In this document: in pieces, positions 27,179-32,000 of the stretch | How the letters are laid out: each line of letters begins with the position of its first letter | How positions within the stretch are numbered: position 1 is the stretch's first letter | From: Propionibacterium ruminifibrarum | Lineage (GTDB): Bacteria > Actinomycetota > Actinomycetes > Propionibacteriales > Propionibacteriaceae | Direction of reading: 5' to 3' | Assembly: GCF_900289195.1 (NCBI RefSeq) | Contig: NZ_OMOH01000004.1 | Span: 90,001 to 122,000, forward strand | Length of the DNA: 32,000 bases | Made by a program: the position numbers and the translations under genes | The notes under the pieces: model-generated | The model's input: only the letters and a program-made list of their open reading frames with translations | Databases searched by the model: none | Told to the model about the DNA's origin: nothing

Positions 27179-28527
27179 AGCGACCTCACCCGCCCGCCGT
27201 CGAGGACGCTCAGGGGCCGCAGCCCCTCGGTGGAGAGTTCGCCGAATGCGACGAGGTCGTCGCGACCCGCCGCCAGGGCGAGCCTGCGCAGGCCCACGAG
27301 GCCGCCGACGAGCGGCAGCGCCCCGTCGTCGTCGCTCAGGGCGTAGCTGCCCGAGTCGTCGACGGCCAGGCGTCCGGCGACGAGCACCGGGTGGTTCTCG
27401 GTCCACGGGTCGAGGGCCACCGCGTCCCGCCACGCCACGCGTGCCGCGGCGGTGCCGACCGGCTGGGGCTGCCAGGACAGCGGCTGGGGCTCGCGCTGCG
27501 AGGAGAGGGCGCAGCGCAGCTGGCCGCGGCCCGGGTAGGGGTGGGTGCTGGCTTCCACCTGCTGGCCGGGGAACAGGTCGGCCGGAAGCGCCACGTGGTT
27601 CGCCGCGAAGGACAGCTGGAGCGCCCAGCGGCCGGTCCGCCGGCCGAGCAGCCACACGCGGCGCGCGACGACCCGACCCTCCTTGCTGTCACGCATGCCA
27701 AGGACGGCCCAAGTGTCCTCGATGCCGGGGCCCGCGAGGACGTCCTCGACGTGCACCGGCACGCCGAGGTGGGAGCGGACGGTGGCCGCGACGTCCTCGG
27801 GCAGTTCGGCGCGGCGCTGCCAGGCTCTGGTCAGCAGCCGCATCATGCCGAACCCTTCGACGACGGCGGCGGGCCAGCCGGGTGTGGCGTCGCTGACGTC
27901 GGCGAGCGCGGTGAGCCGGGTGGCCATGCCTGGGGCCTGGGCGTCGACCATCCGGGCGGCCATGTCGCGCAGCTCGTCGCGGCGGTGCGTGCCGGCCCTG
28001 GCCAGCCCCTCGTGCAGCTGGTCACCGAGCCAGCGGTCGAGATCGGCGAGCCCGTCGGTGATGCGCTGCTCGCGGCGGGCGGCCCGCGCCTCGGCGTCGG
28101 CCCTCTGCTCGGCGGAGCGTTCGCTCCTGGAGGTCTTGGCGGCCGCTTTCGTGGCACGGTCGGCCCGGCGCCTGCGCCATTCCTCGGCGAAGTCGGCGGG
28201 CTCGGCCGGCTCGACCTCGCCCTGGCTCCACAGGTGGAGCAGGGCGACGGCGTGCTTGCAGGGGAACTTGCGGCTCGGGCAGGAGCACTTGTAGGCGGGG
28301 CCCGACAGGTCGACGCACACCTGGTAGGGCTTCTTGCCCGATCCCTGGCACAGGCCCCACAGCAGGGCTTCGGAGACACCGAGCCCGGGCCACCGATCCG
28401 GCACGGCCAGTTTGAGACCCGCCCTGGTCGTCTGGGCGTCGGGGGCCTGCGCGTCGATGCGCTCGGTCGTCCATCGTTCGATGGCGGGGGTGCTCATGGA
28501 TGCCACCCTAACGGAGCCCTCCGACAC
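27175..28527 (-). CDS. SWIM zinc finger protein (cluster gene 1)
   Basis: 450 aa from a GTG at 28527; an alternative ATG at 28497 gives MSTPAIERW. SWIM signature CSCPSRKFPCKH (CxCx6CxH, nt 28252-28287). Followed by a highly charged R/A/E-rich segment. Confidence 0.85.
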   Translation of the reverse strand: MSEGSVRVASMSTPAIERWTTERIDAQAPDAQTTRAGLKLAVPDRWPGLGVSEALLWGLCQGSGKKPYQVCVDLSGPAYKCSCPSRKFPCKHAVALLHLWSQGEVEPAEPADFAEEWRRRRADRATKAAAKTSRSERSAEQRADAEARAARREQRITDGLADLDRWLGDQLHEGLARAGTHRRDELRDMAARMVDAQAPGMATRLTALADVSDATPGWPAAVVEGFGMMRLLTRAWQRRAELPEDVAATVRSHLGVPVHVEDVLAGPGIEDTWAVLGMRDSKEGRVVARRVWLLGRRTGRWALQLSFAANHVALPADLFPGQQVEASTHPYPGRGQLRCALSSQREPQPLSWQPQPVGTAAARVAWRDAVALDPWTENHPVLVAGRLAVDDSGSYALSDDDGALPLVGGLVGLRRLALAAGRDDLVAFGELSTEGLRPLSVLDGGRVRSL

Positions 28528-28687
28528 GAATCGGTCTGTTCATCAGATGCGTCCCGCTGCGAAGTGACCCTCGGAACAGCCGTCTCGCAGCCCCGGTGGC
28601 CGGGGAGCATTCACCGATCGCACCGGCCGCAGCCGTGTCGTTCACCCACCGAGGAGCCCTCGGATGCACCTCCGTGATGCTCTTCCG

Positions 28688-29269
28688 TCAGTCCCCCAGG
28701 GCCGCGATGGCTCGGGCGCAGGCGGCGGTGGCGTCGTCGATCCAGTCGGGAATCGGCCCGCCCAGGTGAGGACGCACCAGCCCGTAGGGGCACTGTCTGG
28801 TGGCCGTGGTCAGCAGCGTGGTCCGCCACTCATCGGCGACTCCGTAGCGTCTGCGTGTCAGTTCGAGCGAGAGGGCGTTGACCTGATCGTTGACGGTCGC
28901 CACCTCGTCTCGCAGGGACTCGGGGGCGGCACGGACCAGCTCGGCCTGCCGATAAAGCGTCATGGCTCGCGCCTCGGCCGGATGCTCACGGCAGTAGACC
29001 GGGATGTGCCGTGCCGCGGCCACGACGGCGTCGGCTGCCGGCTCCAGGCGGCAGGCCGCCATGAAGCCCTGCTGGAAGTCGCGCACGGAGCGCAGCCAGA
29101 GGCTGACGAGCAGCTCGTCCCGTGAGGCGAAGCGGTAGTAGACCGAGCCGACGGGCGCCCCGACCTCGCGGGCGATCTCCGCGACCGGCGGGCTCCCTGA
29201 GCGTGTGAGAACGACTCGGGCGGCGGCATCGAGGATGTCATCGGCGCTGAACTTCACCGGCCTTGCCAC
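28688..29269 (-). CDS. TetR/AcrR family transcriptional regulator
   Basis: 193 aa. HTH PVAEIAREVGAPVGSVYYRFASRDELL. Divergent from a membrane protein gene, and 160 nt upstream of the five-gene cluster on the same strand. Confidence 0.85.
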   Translation of the reverse strand: MARPVKFSADDILDAAARVVLTRSGSPPVAEIAREVGAPVGSVYYRFASRDELLVSLWLRSVRDFQQGFMAACRLEPAADAVVAAARHIPVYCREHPAEARAMTLYRQAELVRAAPESLRDEVATVNDQVNALSLELTRRRYGVADEWRTTLLTTATRQCPYGLVRPHLGGPIPDWIDDATAACARAIAALGD

Positions 29270-29291
29270 GGTCCGAAGTGTACAAGGACAA

Positions 29292-29311
29292 TTTAGAACA
29301 TGGATTCTAAA
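29292..29311. promoter_or_regulatory. AT-rich inverted repeat in the tetR/membrane-protein divergent region (operator candidate)
   Basis: TTTAGAA-CATGGA-TTCTAAA, perfect 7-bp arms. It spans the ATG (29300) of the membrane protein gene. Confidence 0.5.
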
Positions 29312-30001
29312 ACTGTTTCGCAGGCAGCGACCACGGGCCGCCGACCGCAGCGCTGGGCGACAATCGCCTGCTGGACCGCCTTCTGTTCGGTGCTGCCCTC
29401 AGCGGCATGGCGCCTGGCGATGCTCGCCGGCGTGGATACCGGATTCGGATATGCGCAGTTCTACCGCGACGGCGGCGCAATGACGGCCTATGTGCTGAGG
29501 CTGGAGGCGATTCAGCTCGGCGCCGCGGCACTGTGCCTGGGCCTGTGCCATTCGTGGGGCGAACGGGTGCCGCGGTGGGTGCCGGGAATCGGCGGGCGCG
29601 TGATCCCCCGCTCGCTGCCCGTCGCGATCGGCGGACTGGGCGACGCGATGCTGTACGCGATCATCGGTAGCACGGCGGCCAGGTTCGCCAGCAGGTGGAT
29701 GGGGATGTCAGTGGGGCTGACGCCCACCGATGGCATGAGCTCGGGCGCGGTCACCGTCCTGGCCCTCGCCTACGCCCCCATGCTCATCTGGCCCGTCGCG
29801 CTGACTGTTGCCCTGGTGGGCTACTGGAGGCGGCGCTCGCCACGCGCGCACCGACATGCGCCGCCTGGTGATCGTCGAAGGGGACGGGCCGATGAGACGG
29901 GAGAGGACGACGCCGACCGGAGACCGAGCTCTGCCCATCGGGCGTCTGACGCGTCGCCGCGGCGGCCGGAACAGGGGGACCATGAAGAAAACCATGGATG
30001 A
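29300..30001 (+). CDS. hypothetical membrane protein
   Basis: 233-aa ORF with about 5 hydrophobic segments in the first 175 aa. The R-rich C-terminal 55 aa have lower GC3 and may be read-through rather than genuine protein. No family assigned. Confidence 0.55.
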   Translation: MDSKTVSQAATTGRRPQRWATIACWTAFCSVLPSAAWRLAMLAGVDTGFGYAQFYRDGGAMTAYVLRLEAIQLGAAALCLGLCHSWGERVPRWVPGIGGRVIPRSLPVAIGGLGDAMLYAIIGSTAARFASRWMGMSVGLTPTDGMSSGAVTVLALAYAPMLIWPVALTVALVGYWRRRSPRAHRHAPPGDRRRGRADETGEDDADRRPSSAHRASDASPRRPEQGDHEENHG

Positions 30002-30596
30002 CTACTGGAACCACAACACCGCGTACCACCGGTGGATCCTGCGCACCGTCGAACGGCAGGGGCACCGCGACGTCCTCGACGTCGGCTGCGGCGAGGGGCT
30101 GCTGCTGCAGCGGCTGGCGCCCCTGGTGTCGACCGTCACCGGTGTTGAACCGGATGCGGAGGCCCTAGAGAGGGCCCGGGTACGCCTCGCCGGGCTGCCC
30201 ACCGCGCGCCTCGTCCCGGACCGGTTCGAGCAGGCCGCTCTGGACGAGGCGGGCTACGACCTCATCACCTTCGTCGCGAGCCTGCACCACATGGAGCCCC
30301 GGCGGGCGCTGAGCCGTGCGGCGCGGCTGCTCAGGCCCGGCGGTGACCTGCTGGTGGTCGGCCTGGCGGCGAATCGCAGCCCGGTGGACTGGGCGTTCAG
30401 TGCCCTGACACTGCCGGCCGCCAGGATCGGCTCACTGGCGCATCACGAGACCCGCGACATCGGCGTGCCGGTCGCCGAACCCCCGGAGGACCTGCGCGAG
30501 ATCCGCCGGACGGCCGGGGAACTCCTGCCCGGCGCGCGGATCAGGCGGGGCCTGTACTACCGCTACCTACTGCGCTGGACGAGACCCGCCGACTGA
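29982..30596 (+). CDS. class I SAM-dependent methyltransferase
   Basis: 204 aa from the ATG at 29982, with RBS-like AGGGGGA upstream. Motif I VLDVGCGEGLL; post-I and motif IV-like LRPGGDLLVVG. The start is uncertain because the in-frame ORF extends up to 29808. Confidence 0.75.
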   Translation: MKKTMDDYWNHNTAYHRWILRTVERQGHRDVLDVGCGEGLLLQRLAPLVSTVTGVEPDAEALERARVRLAGLPTARLVPDRFEQAALDEAGYDLITFVASLHHMEPRRALSRAARLLRPGGDLLVVGLAANRSPVDWAFSALTLPAARIGSLAHHETRDIGVPVAEPPEDLREIRRTAGELLPGARIRRGLYYRYLLRWTRPAD

Positions 30597-30623
30597 ACCC
30601 GGAACACCCGGGCCTCGCCCTCG

Positions 30624-31247
30624 CTACTCCTGCAGGTGCGCGAACCCGACCGCACGGTCGCCGGTGGGCAGCAGATCCTGGTTCGCGGTCAGCGTCATGA
30701 CCGCCTCCGTCGGCAGCTGCTCGGGACGCCCCGGCACCGCGTCGAGCACCCAGCCGTCGTCGGAGGCCACCGTGAGATCGCGCGGAGCCACGTCGATGAC
30801 GTAGGTGTAGGTGTCCTGGCAGACCTGCACCGTGATCTCGTCGCCCTCGTCGAGGTCGAGGAGGCCGGCGAACGGTTGGCCGTAGCCGACGCGGTAGCCG
30901 GCCACGGCGAAGTTGCCGACCTGTCCGGGTTCGGCGCTCGTGGGGTACCAGCCGACCCCGCCGCGCAGCGAGACACCGCCGGTGCCCTTGCGAATGGGGG
31001 CCTCGACGTCCAGCGCCGGGATGGACAGCGAGCCGATGACCTCGCCGTCGGCGGCCGCGTCGAACTCCTGCCCGGTGCAGCCGGCGCGGTAGGTAGCCAG
31101 CGCGTCCGCCTGGTGCGAGGAGGCCCAGGCCGTGGAGCCCCAGCCGACCCAGGCGATGCATGCGGCACCGGCCACGACGGCCAGCACGAGGACGCCGACG
31201 ACCACGCCGAACAGCCGTGACCGTCTCCCCTGCGCGTGCCCGACCAT
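30624..31247 (-). CDS. class E sortase-like protein lacking catalytic His and Cys
   Basis: 207 aa from the ATG at 31247 (the ORF extends to 31370). N-terminal TM. GGVGWYPTSAEPGQVGNFAVAGYRVGYGQPF...PTEAVMTLTANQ...DRAVGFAHL aligns by eye to class E sortases (..GNFSVAGHRVTYG.., ..TLTTCNP.., ..QRLIVHA..). His is replaced by Tyr (codon 30894-30896) and Cys by Asn (30681-30683). Confidence 0.65.
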   Translation of the reverse strand: MVGHAQGRRSRLFGVVVGVLVLAVVAGAACIAWVGWGSTAWASSHQADALATYRAGCTGQEFDAAADGEVIGSLSIPALDVEAPIRKGTGGVSLRGGVGWYPTSAEPGQVGNFAVAGYRVGYGQPFAGLLDLDEGDEITVQVCQDTYTYVIDVAPRDLTVASDDGWVLDAVPGRPEQLPTEAVMTLTANQDLLPTGDRAVGFAHLQE

Positions 31248-31430
31248 GGCCCCCAGCTTATGGCCCGCCCTCTGCCGGGTGCGGACCGAACCAGACGCAA
31301 GGCCAGGGCGCAGGTCACGCCCCGCCTCGGACGATGGCGGGACGAGCACGGCAGCCGTGCGGGGCTGCACGGCATGACCGCCGCATCGTGGCCGCTCGCC
31401 TGCGGCTGCCGGCCGATGGGCACCCGGCCG

Positions 31431-32000
31431 TCATTTCTGAAGTTTGCCCTCGCAGACAAGGTCCTCGCCGGGCAGTTCGCCACGCAGCAGGTAGGTGTCC
31501 ACCGTGTCGTTGACGCAGTCGCCCAGCCGCTGGTAGGCGCCGTGCCCGTTGCCCGTCACGGTCACCAGACGGCCGTATTTGAGCTGGGAGACCAGGGCCT
31601 GGGCCCACTCGTACGGGGTTGCGGGGTCGCCGGTGACGCCGAGGACGAGGATCGGCGCGGCCCCGGTCGACGTGAGTTCGGCGGGCTCGTGCCCGCTGTG
31701 GTGGCCCCACCCCTGGCAGAAGGCGTCCTGGTAGGCGAGGCCCTCGCCCATGATCGGTGCGACCTCCTTGATCCTGGCAGCCTCGGCCTCCCAGGCGGCA
31801 TGGTCGCCCTTGACCGGGTAGTCCTGGCAGTCGACCGCCCGGTCGGCGGCCTGGTTGGCCAGCTTCCTGGCGGCCGCCTCCGGGGTCTCGTCGGGATCCT
31901 GCGGGTCGATCAGGTCGTTGAGGGCCGTGGCGTCGTTGTCGGTCATCGCCTTGCTCAGCGCCTCGTTCAGTTCCGGCCAGAGCCGGTCGTCGTAGAGCAG
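31431..32000 (-). CDS. alpha/beta hydrolase, tripeptidyl aminopeptidase (TAP)-like, C-terminal part (5'-partial)
   Basis: The frame is open to the window edge (LLYDDRLWPELNEALSKAMTDND...). C-terminal TAP-like motifs PILVLGVTGDPATPYEWA and TVTGNGHGAY, with conserved Cys pairs. Confidence 0.7.
   Translation of the reverse strand: MLYDDRLWPELNEALSKAMTDNDATALNDLIDPQDPDETPEAAARKLANQAADRAVDCQDYPVKGDHAAWEAEAARIKEVAPIMGEGLAYQDAFCQGWGHHSGHEPAELTSTGAAPILVLGVTGDPATPYEWAQALVSQLKYGRLVTVTGNGHGAYQRLGDCVNDTVDTYLLRGELPGEDLVCEGKLQK

Noticed and set aside
25766-27346. 526-aa + strand ORF and the 279-aa R-rich ORF at 27057-27896
   Set aside because: Both are antisense shadows of cluster genes 1 and 2, with extreme R/G/P content and no domain signatures.

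Overview
High-GC (about 70%) actinobacterial chromosomal segment; the species cannot be determined from the sequence alone. A housekeeping backbone is present: ilvD 3' end, divergent lysE/lysG, class II fba, a SpoU/TrmH methyltransferase, dedA, lemA, pyrE, a beta-carbonic anhydrase and ino1. Three regulator-linked efflux modules sit within it (MerR+ABC, TetR+ABC with two small permeases, TetR+MFS), along with a 5'-truncated MFS gene. The most interesting item is a five-gene minus-strand cluster at 21095-28527: SWIM zinc finger, DUF5691-like helical protein, MoxR/AAA_5-type ATPase, a 772-aa DUF5682-like protein, and a CoxE-type vWA protein. All four of its gene junctions are 4-nt start/stop overlaps, and no function is established for this gene set. 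Noncoding structure includes: (i) a 38-bp GC-rich hairpin element with 11 full copies, all in one polarity, at four intergenic loci, mostly in tandem arrays with a 93-130 bp period; (ii) four 28-bp dyad repeats at an exact 61-bp period (28-bp repeat plus 33-bp unique spacer, CRISPR-like geometry) with no cas genes in the window; (iii) duplicated 3' ends of ilvD and lysG; (iv) several AT-rich palindromes in promoter positions. A class E sortase-like ORF has both the catalytic His and Cys replaced. All family assignments come from reading motifs by eye; no database search was run.
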